DNA of 58,484 nucleotides from Craspedostauros australis. Its lineage: Eukaryota. Positions 34,501 through 48,197 of the stretch are shown one piece after another. Under the pieces are notes generated by a model that worked only from the letters and a program-made list of their open reading frames with translations, searched no databases and was not told the origin of the DNA. Position numbers and translations under genes: made by a program. Position 1 is the stretch's first letter. Each line of letters opens with the position of its first letter. The DNA is taken from contig JALAGF010005893.1 of NCBI GenBank assembly GCA_030167865.1, forward strand, positions 1-58,484, written 5' to 3'.

Positions 34501-37500
34501 CGCTCGCCTCATTGAATGACGTGACCGTTCTCGAGAAGCAGATTGGCAAGTTCCTGGTCGGCAACACCAACTCAAGCCACCTGCGCAAGGGCAGGGTCGA
34601 CGTCGAGTACAATCATGCGACATGGAAGATCACCAAGCAGCCACAACTACTGTCGCTAATCATGAGATACCATCTCGAGATTCAAGCCTCCCATCTGATC
34701 GAATCTGGGAGTCATTATGCCATATTCGCCAAGCTTCTGCCGACCGGCCGTGGTAATGAACCTACTTTCAAGGACTCGCCAGGCGATTTGATCCAGTACG
34801 GGATCTCCACATCGGGCGACAAAGCGATCGTGAATCTTCACATGGAAGCGCAGAGCGGGAAATTCTTCCCCTTTCGATCCGTTGGGTCCCACTTGTACTT
34901 CGCTCAGCTCCGCTCCAAGCTCCACAGTGACGATCAGGATTGCGGTCGAGCGTTGCAGTGTTGGATCGATGTTGTTGCAATCCTGGGCAGCCAGGTTGGG
35001 GTTGACGGTCAAGCGCACTTGCTCGCACTCTCGCCTGCTGCAACACGCACGCCGTCACAGCATCGCGAGATCGTGGAGCACCTTCTGAAATATTCTGGTC
35101 GCATTACTCGACATCTACGATTCTACCCGAATGCCAACCAGTCAGCAAGCGACATCTTGATACGCCTGACCGAACGAACGTTGCTATCCCAAAAGCTGGA
35201 CGTCGTTGCACACAGACTAATGATCGATGACAGCACACCCATCGCGGGGTGTTTGGCGGGTCTTTGGTTCGCCATCAAATTGAATCAAGACACATTGGGA
35301 TTCGTACACCTCGCAACGGCGAACATCGATTCCGAAGCGATCCACGAGGCGTCTTTGGGCACGTACAGAAAAGTGACGTACTTTGCCGTGAACAAGACCA
35401 ACTTGTACCATCAACGAAATGCCATCACGATCGATGGATCCGATGAAAGGTCTCGAAGCGAGTTCTTCTGCGCCACCAGGCTCGCCGATGCCATGGACGC
35501 TATCCATCCGAAGAATTTTTCGCTGGCGACGTACCTAGCATTCCGAGCGGCACCGCCAGAGCACCTGCTGTCATTCGACATCCTGGATATCGAAGCCATG
35601 CTCGAACCGTTGCGATTCGTGCAAGTTCTCGCCATCGATGTACCTGACGTGAGCGATGTGGATCCCTCCCTCAATGCGGAGGCAACGAAATTAGCTCAAG
35701 ATCTCTCATTGGTGCTGCTCCCATTGCGCGAAAGCAAGAGGAACTTCTACTTTTGCAATCCAACGGATGATGCTGCGCTTGACCGTGTGAAAGGCGTCCA
35801 ACCAGGTACTTCCGAAAATATGAGCTTCGTTCCTTGTTGCGACGCCCCAAACAACGCCAATCTAACTGAGACGTCTGCAACAAACGCCAACAGCCAGGTA
35901 GAACAAGGGGAAGGAGAAGCGAAGCAAGCCAAAACGCCGATCGCAGACACTGGCAGTCAATCGATGTCAAACAGTATGGATACATATGCAACTGTGGATG
36001 GAACGGAGGCAACGCCGATCCTCTTTCGCTTCCGGAAGTTGGGCAAGCGGATACGGAACATAGACCTATACAGCCTCTCGAAGCGCGCAAAGCTGACAGT
36101 CGAGGTGTCGATACCGAAAACTGAGGCTGCGTCGCGATCCGAAACTCCCGAGAACCTTTCCTCCACCATCCCGCAAGGCCATAGGAATGCCATTCAGCAG
36201 CTTGACATCATCCTGAGATCTTACGCAGCAGAGCTCACCCTGGAGAGGATGTTGAAGCTGGGATCCAAGGCATCCAACGAGAACATCCAGACAGTGAGGA
36301 GATGCATCCGCCAGGTGCGAGATGTTGCGTCACAATCCATCGAACTCTTCTTCTACAACAGCCGTAACGATCTCATGATCCCAGCCTTCATGCCTGGAGA
36401 GTTTGAGGCTGACATCGACAGGGGTGTGCAAAAGTTGATTGCGCAAATCACGAAGAACCGCGAACTGCACTTCCACCGCATCAAACATGGATGCTTCAGG
36501 ATCACACCCATTGGCATGTCCGACAAGGACTACGCCGAATACTGGGCATTCGCAACGATCGACGCGAAGACGAAGAGCATTTTGGTGGAAGTCTACCACC
36601 ATGACGGACGCGACAGTGCGATTGTCATCATGAATCAGATCAGGAGCATTCTGAATTGCGCCGCGTACTTGGTGAACCAAGAATTGTTGCTTGAGAGGTG
36701 AGACAAGACCAGGACAATCGTACTTTGCCACACTGCAAAGCCGTTGCGTTTTGAGTTTTGCTGTGACGGTGTGCCATGTGCGCGATGTGTGATGTGATAT
36801 GCGTGAGATGGGAATGTCTTATTTCTGTGCCTCTCGGACTCACGAAATGCGTTGGTTGTGGATATGAATTCTCTCTGATTGTTCGATGTTCTTGTTCGTC
36901 CACGTTTTCGGTATCCACGTTTTTTGATACCCACGTTTTTTTTGCCATGAACATCCCCGCACTCGAATTCGCGCTCGTGCACGTAATTGCAGTCTGCATC
37001 ACACGAGGACAGCCAGCACATTGCTGATGATCGATCCCAGGATCTCCAGCAAGACGATCGGAGCAGCATCAGGAGCGCACAGTCAAGCACCTTTGTCCAA
37101 CCAGGACGTGAACCAGTATCATTCGCTGTTTGCTCCGGGTATATTTGGCTGTCCCGTAGTGTATGAAAAATCATTCAAGCTCTACCGCAGCACATCGACG
37201 AGTCCTCAGTACATCGCCAGGACTTTGGCCACGACCGTTCTGCAACCATTCGCAATCCTGAACAGACCTGGATTCTTCGTGTACAGGGATACAAACGCAT
37301 CAATTTTCTACATGTCATTGAAGACCGATGGCAATGAGAAGGATGGAAACAGCGGTTCCATTCGTTTGGTCGTTCGCGGTATTCATCCGCCAGGATCTGA
37401 GGTCACGACGGAATTCACACGGATCCTCCAGAGACGCATCATGAAGATCGTCGTCGAGATGATTGAATCTTCCTTGAAGGGCAAGAATCCAATATTCACA

Positions 37501-40500
37501 TGGAAGCGAGAGGATTTTCATTTCTTGGAATCCTTCAACAGTGAATGGAATGCCCTCGCAGATGAAACAGCGGCTGAAGAGCCGCACGATTGGTACTACG
37601 AATTCCCAAGCTGCATCAATGATCCATACCTCGTTTTGCTCATGTTCCATCAGAATATGTGCGGTTCCACATTCTTCCATCGGCTGTACAGCGCAGAAGA
37701 AGAATCAGCTGAGAATGCAGTTGGGGCAAACACGCCCAATGTAGACCATCCTGCGGCGGCAAACGAATCATCAGAGCAAAGCAAGATGGAACAAGAGCAG
37801 CAGCAGCAGCAGCCAGCGGACACGTCGGAACCAGAAGCGTCAAGAGATTACGTGCATCTCATCGATCCAGCTTCCAACGACTTCACGATATATTACAACA
37901 GCTATCCAGCGCAGCCTGAACCAGGAATTCAGAGCGTCAGCACGCTGTCGCTGAAAGGCTTCGAATTCTCACGTTCTGCGGGAAACGGTATCGCCGTCGT
38001 GGAGCTTGGGCTTTTCGGACCGAACGGCAAGCTGGAAACATCGATGCACGCTGACCGTGCGCAGCTGGATTGGGATGCCGAAAATGTTGCTCCCGGCAGG
38101 ATGCGAGCGAAGAAGGTCGCCCGTGCCAGCTCCGTGAACTTTTCATTGCGCATTCGGATCACGGACACTGGCTTGAACCGGAAGAGTTTGCATGAATGGA
38201 TGGCGCTCTCGCTTGACCAATCGATTTTTGATTGGGTAGCCGAGCGACAGGTGGATCGATTAGTGGTGGGTCCTTCAAAGAAGTTGCGGGCGCCACTGCT
38301 GTCAGCCAAACACAAGGACAGAGACACCATCCTAATGAATCGCACCTTCCCCGGTCTTGCCGCATTGACGGGTGTTCTCGAGGCCTCGCATGACCTCCCC
38401 CAGCCCACTGTCGTGAAGATCGACTTGCCTGGCGTCATCAGAGCCTCGACGGTCGCTTCGACGACGCTGAAGCTCTTGCAACGATCCATCTTCAACCCGA
38501 TCGCTTCCGAAGCCAACGACAGAGGCATGCTGGAAATGCTGAAGCGGGACACCAAGGTCATCCGGCTAACGCGTTCAAGACGACCTCAATCGGTCGCATT
38601 CAAGTACAACAGCGGGCCCAGCAACATCTTCGCTGCGTCAGGGCCAGGCAACGGAACATTCAGGGGGCAAATCAAGGACATGCCAATCGACTGTCCCGAG
38701 TACATTTGCTTCTTCTGCTCGTCGCCTGAAGCTGCCGAGACTCGTGCATCATCGTCGTCGTCATCATCATCATCCCTGGACGGCATCAGGTCAAAGATGA
38801 AACTCTACACCAACGTGGATATCAGCCGGAGCAACCTGTCAAAGGGGCGACACACAGCACTGGATTATGCGGACCGACTGGACCAGCATCGGCCGTCGGC
38901 GTTACGTCGTTCATTCGCGTTCATATTCTCGTGCAAGAGGAACCGTCGGATCCTTTGGATGTACAATTGGCACCCAGACTTGGCAAAGGCGTAAGTGAAA
39001 CAGAGTTCGTTGTATGTGCTGCATACTAGTAATCTCACTGTGCCATGGCATGCACCTGGTCTGCACGAATGTGCACAGCTGTGACCTAGATGCTCCACGT
39101 CAATGCGGATGTCAAAGGCACATGTGACGGATAAAGCGTACTATTCAGTTCGCGTGGCATGCTGCGTTGAAAGAGCAGAGACTGACATCATCTCGACCAT
39201 TCTCCTTTCGTCTTCCATCATCCACACCTCTTGTGGTCTTTCTTCGTTTGTTCGCTTCTTTCGTCATCGTCGTCGACGACGTCTTTCAATATCCGTGACT
39301 CTCCAACTATCTCAGTGTCCGTGCGAAGTTAGAGGAGGCCGATCAGACAATGCTAAGCAGAACTGAAACTGCGTCCTTTCAATTGCAAGCACGGACGCTG
39401 AAGATGCTGACACCTCCCAACACGATTCCGAAGCAGATCAACGCCGAAACCACGACGGTCCGTCGTGGACGACACATCACGAAGACGGACAGCTCATCGT
39501 CGATCAACCGTCTGGACGATGGGATGGACGAGTCGGAATCTGATGAAAGGAAGCCCAGCGCGAATGACCGCAGAGTGCAACGCCCCACAATTATTCGCCG
39601 TCCGAAGCTGGTCGGCAAGTCCTTCGCTGGTGCAACCATGCAGGCCGTGGCTGCCTCAAGGGCACGCGCCAGTTCTCAGCAATTCAAGCTGCTCGCGAAG
39701 CCGCCTGCCAAGCTCTCGATTGCGCAACATGGAGCCGACGGCCGGTCGGACGAAGAGGCGATGACAAGGCGGGTTGACGCGATTCGAGCATTGCACCCTG
39801 CCAAGCAACCGCTGGGACGCGACCCAACAGCCGCGGTCGTGCAACAAGACGAGACGCTGAAGAATTTGGAATCTGACGTGCGCCTGCTTTCGTCACTGTC
39901 TCTGCATGCCGCGCGAAGGTGGCATACGCTGCAGGCACAAGCTTTGAGCCGACTGACAACGTCATGGTGGCCGCATTTCTCATCGCCAGCCATCAACAAA
40001 ACCACTCTCGATTTCTTCAAGATGAGAAGTCCATGCACGTTTTCGCGACTTGGGTGCCCCCCGCAGTTGCCCAAGCTGATGGCAAACACATTCCTTCTTC
40101 TGTTCGGCGAATGGCTGGACAGATGGATGAAGAACGTTTCGTTGATGAATGTTTACAGCAACGGAGAGGAAGCGGTTGAGTCCATCTTCTTTATGTCCAA
40201 CGTGCAGAACTTGAATGGATCCCGGTGCTTCGCACTCATTGAGATTCAGAAGATGAATCTCGTGTTGCCGTCGACTGAGCAGGCAGTCATTCGGGCGACA
40301 GGTTGGTTGTTCATGTTGAATCGCCCAGTTGACATGGACGCGGGGGAGAAGACAGGAATTAGCAAACCAAGATCATTGCTGAACCGAAGCAAGAAAGCGG
40401 ACGATGCAATAGCCATGGACAGACTTGCAACGAATCTGCTGGTAAGTTGTGGACGTCGGCATGGAAAGGGTCCTATGTTCTCGACGTTTAGTGAGAATAG

Positions 40501-42297
40501 CACGGTGGTGAAGCAATTGAGATCCGAACGCATGACTCATCATATCCGGTTTCTTGTATTTTGTACTTGATGCTACTGTCGTTTACTTTTGTTGCTTCGA
40601 TGGCTTGAATGGCTTCGATGATTCACCCTCATTGTCCCCGCTTGGTGCTCGGACGGGACCCACCCACACACACTGGCAACTCACCATGGCACATGGTCGA
40701 ACGCACAGTCAACCTTCGATCTGGACTGCCTCCTCTTCGACTTTGGAGCTGCGCATGTCCACCGTCGCATTCGGCAGCCCGACATTCGCAATGATTTTTC
40801 GGAGCTCCTGCCGTTCCTTCGACGGTTGATGGAACACTATCCTCTCGACATGCAAGAGCGGTAAGGTATTTTTGGTCATGGATTGATTGGTCAGACGATG
40901 ATGATGACCTATGTTTTGGCATGTATGGCCTTTTGGTGGAACAAGTCGGGTTGCGTTGCATTTTGCCTTGCTGTGGTATCGAACGAGGTGCCGTGATGGT
41001 AAATCCGAACACCCTGCTTCATGTGTCTCACGGTATTTGCTTACTTGCCTGCTATTCTTCGACATTGATTGTCCCACATGCTACGTTTCTCTGCGATTGT
41101 TGTCGTTCATTGGTCTTGATGTGAGAACAGGATGCGTCGGCTGAATCACAGAATCTTTGAATACACCATCACCCTCAGATCATTCCAGAACCGGTTGATC
41201 AATTTGTTCAACGGCCCAAGGCTGATGGACTACATGTGGATGCATCGCGAGAAACGAGACCTGATGCGACGCGGGGCATCGCTTTGTTCGAGAAAGCTGG
41301 TGATCGCTGATGGGACTCACTGTAAGTGTGGCATTTGTATGGCTGAGTTTGTGCACACGCTGAACATGACCTCTGGTTGCGCATGCTCTACTCTGTTGGG
41401 ATGCACGTCGTTGCTGCGGCTGCAGCATCAGCAGCCCGTTGACTGTTGCCCATTGCGACTTGACGCGTTTCTTCCTTGCTTTTCGTTCCCGTGGCACAGG
41501 CGTTTCACTTTCGGAATGACATTTCATGTCATCGGCAAACGACGGTCTTGTGTCCCGCTATGTTCCTGTCACTATTCTAATCCTCGTACTCACGCATTCA
41601 TATTCGACTCTGCACTTCATGTCAATCCAAAACTATTGCAGCTACCTGCTTCCTGAGGGCCAATCCAAGTCACGATGGAAGACTGAAGGTGCTGATTTTG
41701 TGCAGGACGCACGGCAAGAGCCTCTCTGATACGGTGGTGGAGCCCGGGAAGATCGAGACGACGACAGTGATGGAGAAGATCAAGTCAGTGGCATCCCAGC
41801 TGGTCTACGCAGAGCTCACGTACGCGGCCAAGAAACTGAGGCTTAATTCGCTGTGGAGATCGTTATCATCGCCCAACATGACCAACACGGCACTGCAGCC
41901 CATGATGATCGAAGAGTTCTTCACGCTCTGCTACGTGCATTCGGTACTCGATGCGTTGGACACTCGTGATAAGGATTGGAGGCTGCAGCTGCCCGCGGAC
42001 TGGCTTCGGTCGCGCGACAACCAGGTGAACTGGAGGAGGTTTGTGGTTGCCATGATCAATGATGACTTGTTCTCCGCCCACCTCACACTCCCCCGCAATC
42101 CATCCCGCGTCTCGGTGCTGTTCCGCATGCAAGCGGAAGACGTCTTCATCCTGATCGAGATTCATCGCATGACGGGCAACCTCCACAGCGCGAATCTGAT
42201 CGAAAAGGAACGCAATCCTGCCACAAAGGAAGCAGCCACGTCGGCCGCTTCGAAGTTCGTCAACTTCCTCTTCAGCTTCATGTCCAGGAATTCGTAG
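31588..42297 (+). CDS. SZT2: SZT2 (KICSTOR scaffold) homologue, ~2922 aa; exons 31588-31728, 32193-36697, 36993-38990, 39316-40441, 40709-40860, 41131-41321 and 41642-42297
   Basis: SZT2-like segments: PSTRIFF...FCVDASPSM, ICKATGG, LMRIRQGYRIRE, VNQELLLESLHHTRTASTLL, FGCPVV...VLQPFAILNRPGFFVYRD...IFYMSL, WMYNW. Six GT-AG introns give one continuous 8769-nt frame. Confidence 0.8.
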
Positions 42298-42950
42298 AGT
42301 GAAGCGTAGCAGAGAAAAGCAAAGGGTGCCTCTGTCCACAATGGTAGGATGCTCATGCGTGTATCCAATTAGTACGAGTAATTAGCGAACGTGTGAGTGC
42401 CACGCGTTCTTGTGTCTTTGCGCGCGTCGGTGGGACCGTGCGGTGTGATGATTAATGGAGGGGATTGCGTTGTCCTATTCTACTATTCTATTGTAGAATA
42501 CGAGCTATTATGTGGCTGGGGTAGTATTGGTGTGTCACAGCACGTTGGTCTTGCTCCAGTCCAAGCAGAAATCAGGCAAGAGAACAAGAAGAAGATGGCG
42601 CGAAAAGGTATCTTTCGATTGGAAACAGCTGCACGATCGGATGGACGGACAGATGGGAAGCTTGAACCACGTCCAACACTCACCAACCAAAACTGGGCAG
42701 ACTGTTTGCGCGGACGCACATCCAAACGAAGATGGGGAGATGACACAAAAGGATACGTGTGGTGCTACTATGGGCGCCATACGACATCCCCCCTTGCTAA
42801 ACATGCCAGTGATGTCGGCAACGACGATGAGGCTGATGTTGATGGCAACGATGTCACAACGCAAGGATCCAACAACTTGAGTTGGAAGCAAGACAATCGC
42901 AACGGCAGCATCGATTTGAGTCTTTCTCAACCACGTTGGCTGCGAGTATC

Positions 42951-44384
42951 ATGGTGTACTTCACGTGTGATGGATGCAACGAAACGTTGAAGAAGAATCA
43001 GGTCGATTCGCACGCCTACAGATGTCGACAATGTGAATCTGTCTCTTGCGTTGATTGTTACGTTTCGTTCTACGGAGGTGAGCCATATGCATTATTTTAT
43101 ACAATACACATAATACCATGGGAGTATTGTGCAGTATGTGCACCGCAGCAAGATGTGGCAACGGAATCCAGCAACAGCCTTCCAAGGATTACACAATACC
43201 CAATGATCTTGACGCCATTCTGGCGATGGGAGCATCAACAATGTTTTAATTAAACTCTGAGGAATATCATCCGGCTGTTGCTGCACCGTTGTTGTTGTTG
43301 CAAGTGCGAGTGCATGCTATGGCACTGCGCACTCGGTTGAGTTCCGACACTCGTGATGAACCGCACAATTTGTAGAATATGGTATTCTATTCTGGCGTCC
43401 TGTCTCACATTCTCGTCTTGTTGCATCCCGTCGTCGCCGTCACATGTATTATACTCCATGGGCATGGTCCGAATGCGATTTGCAATTATTCATCCAATGA
43501 AATTGGGTATCAACTGATCCACCAATACAACAACAACATCGACGATGACGACGACGACTATGGCGACGACATCCGCTACAAAAAAACATGGCAACACTGC
43601 GCAATACTCTACCCCGCCAGACGATTACCGGGCCCACACGACGTGCATCACGGAGGCTCAAAAATACGAAGGCAAGGCCGCCAACGATCGCCGTTCCACC
43701 AAACGCAGCCCCCAGCAGGAATGGATGGACACCGTGCACTACTGCGCCAACAATACGGCACCGCAATCACTGCGACATCATTTCCAGACCATGTGCCAGC
43801 TCGATAACATCCCGCGCAAGGAGAAACAGTTTCGCAATTTCACCGCCAACTCGTTGAAGCTGCGCGGGCCGCAGGGTGATCGCATCGTGTCGGAAATTTG
43901 GAATGTGCTGAATGCGGAGCGGCAAAAACGCATGACACAAAAGAAGAAGGAAGACGAAGTCAAGGCCGAGGCGGCGCGGGCGGCCAAGGCAGCGAAGCAG
44001 GCATCCTCGAAACGCCAATCGGATGATGATGATGATGATGATAGTGACAGCGACAGTGATGATGAGAGCGCCAAGAAGAAGAAGAAGAAGTCTGAGGCAA
44101 ACGCGGCAGAAGAATCCCGCAGAAGAGCAGAGGAAGAAAAGAAGCGAAAGACAGAATCTAGCAACGACAAGCTGGATGCAAAGCAAGTGTTGAAGGCGGC
44201 CAAAAAGGAGTTGAAGAAGGTCCCATCACGGTCCATGAAGGTGAAGGCATTGCGCAAGACTCTGCTGAAACGAATGTCATTACCGAAAACAATGAAGAAG
44301 GAATTGAAACGAGTATTGCGCAACGCACCGAAAAAGACGAAGCTGGTCATGATGGATGGCAAGATGATCGCACTGAAAGATTAG
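42951..44384 (+). CDS. LYAR: Cell growth-regulating nucleolar protein LYAR; exons 42951-43077 and 43621-44384 (296 aa)
   Basis: MVYFTCDGCNETLKKNQVDSH..C...SCVDC...DDYRAHTTCITEAQKY (LYAR C2HC fingers), DNIPRKEKQFRNF and a Lys-rich C-terminus. Phase-1 intron 43078-43620. Confidence 0.93.
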
Positions 44385-44590
44385 ACGGAGTAAATCGATC
44401 GAGATGTGCAGAGAGCACGCACAGTATGAGCATGGTGTTGGGAACACCATCCTATACGGAATAATGAATGAAAGTATTCAACGTCATACTACCATCCTAT
44501 TGACGTCGGAGTATGTCAGATTTCTGAAAGAGCGTACCACCTTCTACAATCTTGGAGACTGCACGAGTTGTTGCATCCACAGCCCACACC

Positions 44591-45271
44591 TCAGTCTTCA
44601 TCAGACGATGACCCATAATCTCCCAGTAGAGACCCCAAAGCGCTGTTGTTTGACTTGACGTCTGGCTTGCTGGTGTTGCTGTTGTTGGTATTGCTCACGC
44701 TGGATCCAGTATTCTGCTTTTTCGCAGCCTGTTGCTGCTTTGACGACGACGGCGACGATGGCGACGATGAGTCTGTTGCTGCAGCGGGAGCACGTCTCTT
44801 TTTCTTCTTCTTGACAATGAGCTTGGGAACCACGGACTTGGGCTGTTGCTTTGGCTCTGGCTTTCGCAAAGTGGTGGCTTCCTTTTCGCGCTCCCGCAGC
44901 TCGTCATACATGGCGGCTTCCTCATCGAGGGTCGACTGCTGCTTCTCCAACCTCGCAGCACGGAACTCCGCCAATTCGCTCTGCGTGCGCTGCTGCAGCA
45001 TGTCCAGCTTGTCCTGCTTCTGCTTGGCCACGGCATCGAGGTGAGCGATGTCATCGTCGTCCAGGGCGCAGGTCCCGCGCATGCGATCCCGCTTCTCTTC
45101 CTCCAACCTCGCCTCCTCCTTCTCCTTGTTGGCGCGCAGCTGATCGATCAGCGGCTGGTGCTGATTGCGCTTGTTCACGGCATCCACCTCCTTCGATTCG
45201 ATGGCCTTTTCTTCGAAGCCGCCGCTTTCGGTTCCCGTCTGAACGGCCGACGACACGAACGAGAGACTCAT
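44591..45271 (-). CDS. FAM192A: FAM192A/PSME3IP1 (NIP30, Fyv6-like) nuclear protein, 226 aa
   Basis: SFVSS; PLIDQLRANKEKEE...ALDDDDIAHLD...ELAEFRAAR; C-terminal LGSLLGDYGSSSDED. Confidence 0.8.
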   Translation of the reverse strand: MSLSFVSSAVQTGTESGGFEEKAIESKEVDAVNKRNQHQPLIDQLRANKEKEEARLEEEKRDRMRGTCALDDDDIAHLDAVAKQKQDKLDMLQQRTQSELAEFRAARLEKQQSTLDEEAAMYDELREREKEATTLRKPEPKQQPKSVVPKLIVKKKKKRRAPAAATDSSSPSSPSSSKQQQAAKKQNTGSSVSNTNNSNTSKPDVKSNNSALGSLLGDYGSSSDED

Positions 45272-45840
45272 TGCGTTGGTTCAATAGAGCAGAGTTCAAT
45301 ATGGGTGGCGTGGTGTTGGCGATGTGCTTGGGATCGTACGCCCCGAATGTGTGTACTATCTGTCTCTCCTTGGATGTGAACAGCAACGTCTTCCTTTGTG
45401 GGTACTACTACGAACACGAGCAGTGTTGCTTCAACTCTCTCCCTCTCTCTTTTTGGGTTGTGACCATGGTGTTGTGGATGGAGCAGAAAACGGGTTGCGT
45501 TCTGTGGTTTCTTTGGTCGATTTTGGACTGTTCAATTGTAGTCGAAGTAATCGAAAGTGGGATCAAATCATCCACGAATCAAACACAAACACGATCCAAG
45601 AAGGCGCCACATCCAACAGATGAGAACCGCAGCTTCCGCATGATCAACATGGCAACACGTCAACGTGAGGAACACAACGGACACGATCCACCCGAGAGAG
45701 ACCACACAAGAGAAACAAACGCAGCAAGGAACAAGAGCAAGATCACAAGAAAGGAGGAATTCCAATACTCTGCATATAATACTACACTCGACAAGTAATC
45801 TACACACTCCGACGCCGAAAGAAACATTTACACAGAGACA

Positions 45841-46449
45841 ATGGCAGACAACGCGACCGAAATGACGACGATTGGCGACGGCAATGAGTTGAATGAGGAC
45901 AGCAACGCAGTTGCCATGCAGACGAACGATGCTGCGACGTCGATACCGGCAACGGCGGCCACCAACATCCCACCGTCCCTCACGGCGTTGCATGAAGTGG
46001 ATCTCACGGCCCCAGATATGGATCCTTTCGAGTGGACGGCGCGCAAGCTGATCCCCATCCCGAAAGAGTACTATTGGGACAATCCCGATGTCACGGAGGA
46101 AGAGCTGCCCACCCGGTTGAAGCTGTGGCATCGCACGGTCGGGACGTTGGAATCGATCGTCCAGTTCACGGATAACACCGTGGGCAAGAAGGTTGCCGAT
46201 CTGACAGGATTATCGAGCCAGCGATTCGATTACGTCACGTCCAGCATGACCGAGGCGGATTGGGAGTACTCGCGTCAGGTTGTGGCGCAGCGGCTGGCGC
46301 GGCAGAATGATGAGGCGCAGAATCACGTTGATCATGGCGCAACAACTGCGACGGCGCAGGAGGAGGAGGAAGCGGTCTCCGTAAAAGTGGATTTGAATTT
46401 GGGTGGTGATGATGTCGCTGTCGATGAAGAGGCATCGGCTCAAGTCTGA
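45841..46449 (+). CDS. Hypothetical protein, 202 aa, acidic
   Basis: ATG-started ORF with coding-like codon usage after an A/C-rich leader. Globular-looking core (PFEWTARKLIPIP...VADLTGLSSQRFDYVTSSMTEADW). Confidence 0.7.
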   Translation: MADNATEMTTIGDGNELNEDSNAVAMQTNDAATSIPATAATNIPPSLTALHEVDLTAPDMDPFEWTARKLIPIPKEYYWDNPDVTEEELPTRLKLWHRTVGTLESIVQFTDNTVGKKVADLTGLSSQRFDYVTSSMTEADWEYSRQVVAQRLARQNDEAQNHVDHGATTATAQEEEEAVSVKVDLNLGGDDVAVDEEASAQV

Positions 46450-46825
46450 TGCGACAGATTGCGACGGACTGCAGCAGCGTCCTCGGACAACAATTACTGT
46501 TCCATGTAATACACGATATACACTTACATACTACTCTCCGCACTACTCTACAAACGCAGGGAGCAGAGTACTCTGCTCCGACTCATTTCAGATCATATGA
46601 ATGCATCTACAGCAGCTTGATTCAAAGGTATGTGGAGGTGTACTCGTAGAAGCAATAAACGCAATGAGAAGGCATTTTTCTGTAGCGAAGCGGCGGAATA
46701 CTTGTAGGACGCACTCCAATGTAGCTTCGCTGTGCTATCACTCATCGCTTCTCAAGCGCGATAACCATCAGACTATTATACGTACATTATACATTGGGCA
46801 ATACCAAAAGATTTGTGGACATGAC

Positions 46826-47308
46826 TTACAGTCTCTTTGGCTCAGGATACGAGGGTGGACTGGAGTACACTGGCGTTGCGTCTGTTGCTGACGGATACGA
46901 TTCCATGTTGATTTCAACATCGTTGGCGAGGCTGGCATTGGCCGTTGTCATGGTCGCGGTTGGGACGAAGTAGGCATTGTTGAAGCCGTTGGCGAACCCG
47001 TCATCACCGTTCGCACCGCCGCTGCTGGCGGTTGCGGTGGCTGTTGCTGGAGTGCTGCTACTCTCCGCGTACACTGGGGATGCGGATGCTGTTGGATACG
47101 ATGGCTTGTCGTTGGAGGGTTTGTTTTCGTAGTAGGTGGTGTAGTCTGGTGCTGCAACAGGCGCCCCTTCGTCCATGAACTCCACAGTGAACGTCGATCC
47201 TGGTCCAAACCCAGGCGGCACGACGATTTCATTCAATCTTCCATCCGGTGCCCGCACGTGTATGGTCTGACCTGCCACAACTCCAGCTGGCAACGTGACT
47301 GCGTGCAT
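46826..47308 (-). CDS. Hypothetical protein, 160 aa, with an N-terminal V-x-P-x-G-x-x-(A/P)-G beta-rich module and a low-complexity tail
   Basis: MHAVTLPAGVVAGQTIHVRAPDGRLNEIVVPPGFGPGSTFTVEF is an internally duplicated motif, followed by an S/A/T/P/Y-rich tail. Confidence 0.7.
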   Translation of the reverse strand: MHAVTLPAGVVAGQTIHVRAPDGRLNEIVVPPGFGPGSTFTVEFMDEGAPVAAPDYTTYYENKPSNDKPSYPTASASPVYAESSSTPATATATASSGGANGDDGFANGFNNAYFVPTATMTTANASLANDVEINMESYPSATDATPVYSSPPSYPEPKRL

Positions 47309-48161
47309 CGTATGTGCAATGCGACGATGTGCCAACAAATGTTATAGAATAGTATTCAGTTGGTTCACACAATGTTCATGGTACGAGTGCGAAAGAAACG
47401 GGGAAGTGAGTTAGTGTGGAACCCACGCATTGCTTCCAAGGCAAAAGAAGAGAGAGAGAGAGAGAGAGATCGGATACGGGGGTACATCAGCAGAGCGGCA
47501 TGCACTGTAACACTGGGCTGCGCAGATTCTTCTACCACAAGCACGACACCACGTACTTGAGACAAACCGATCCTTGCCACCTTGCTCCGGTCGGGCAATG
47601 CCGTTGTTTGGTTTCTGCACAAGTGCATTGCCAGAGCCGTAGCTCACAAAATGAGCCGTGGCGGTCCCATTCTGGAAAACCTCAATCGGTGGTGTGAATG
47701 GTTGCTGTTGCGGCCTTCGGTTGGCCGGATACGACCCGCCCAGATTGTGCTTCTTCGATCCGTTCGCGTCGACCTGAGGTCAGGTTGGGGCATACCGTCG
47801 TAGGGTTGAGGAGGCAAGTGGCAGCGTGAGGGATGGTAAGCATTATGTTATGTGATATGATATAGTGCTCAAGTGTGGATGCATGTGAGAGAGAATTTCA
47901 GTCCTCGCATGCGAGCGATCGAACGAACGATCGAACGAACAGTTGAATGCATCAGAACCCACCACGGCGGATGATGGCAGCACGGAGATCTCACCTGTGT
48001 CGATGATGCGCAGCCCATGTTTCTTTCGTTGTTGCTTGTTGTTTGTTCCTTCTTCGGCGTTTTCTAGGTTTGCTTCCACTTAGGATTTGCCTGCTTTATT
48101 CAGCCCTTGATCGATTGTCTGCTTGTGTTGATGTGTTGCGATGAGCGATGATAACAACAGC

Positions 48162-48197
48162 GATGGAGAATGATGGAGAATGATGGAGAATGATGGA
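48162..48197. repeat. Tandem 10-mer (GATGGAGAAT) x3.6
   Basis: Read directly from the sequence. Confidence 0.85.

Noticed and set aside
42397..42990. 197-aa ORF between SZT2 and LYAR
   Set aside because: GTG start, overlaps the LYAR start out of frame, and has no recognisable features; likely UTR/promoter.
47411..48079. Possible small spliced minus-strand gene (gtgaga donor near 47993, ctcag acceptor near 47773)
   Set aside because: No ATG-initiated frame joins the pieces into a convincing protein. It could be a non-coding or UTR intron, but the sequence alone does not support it.
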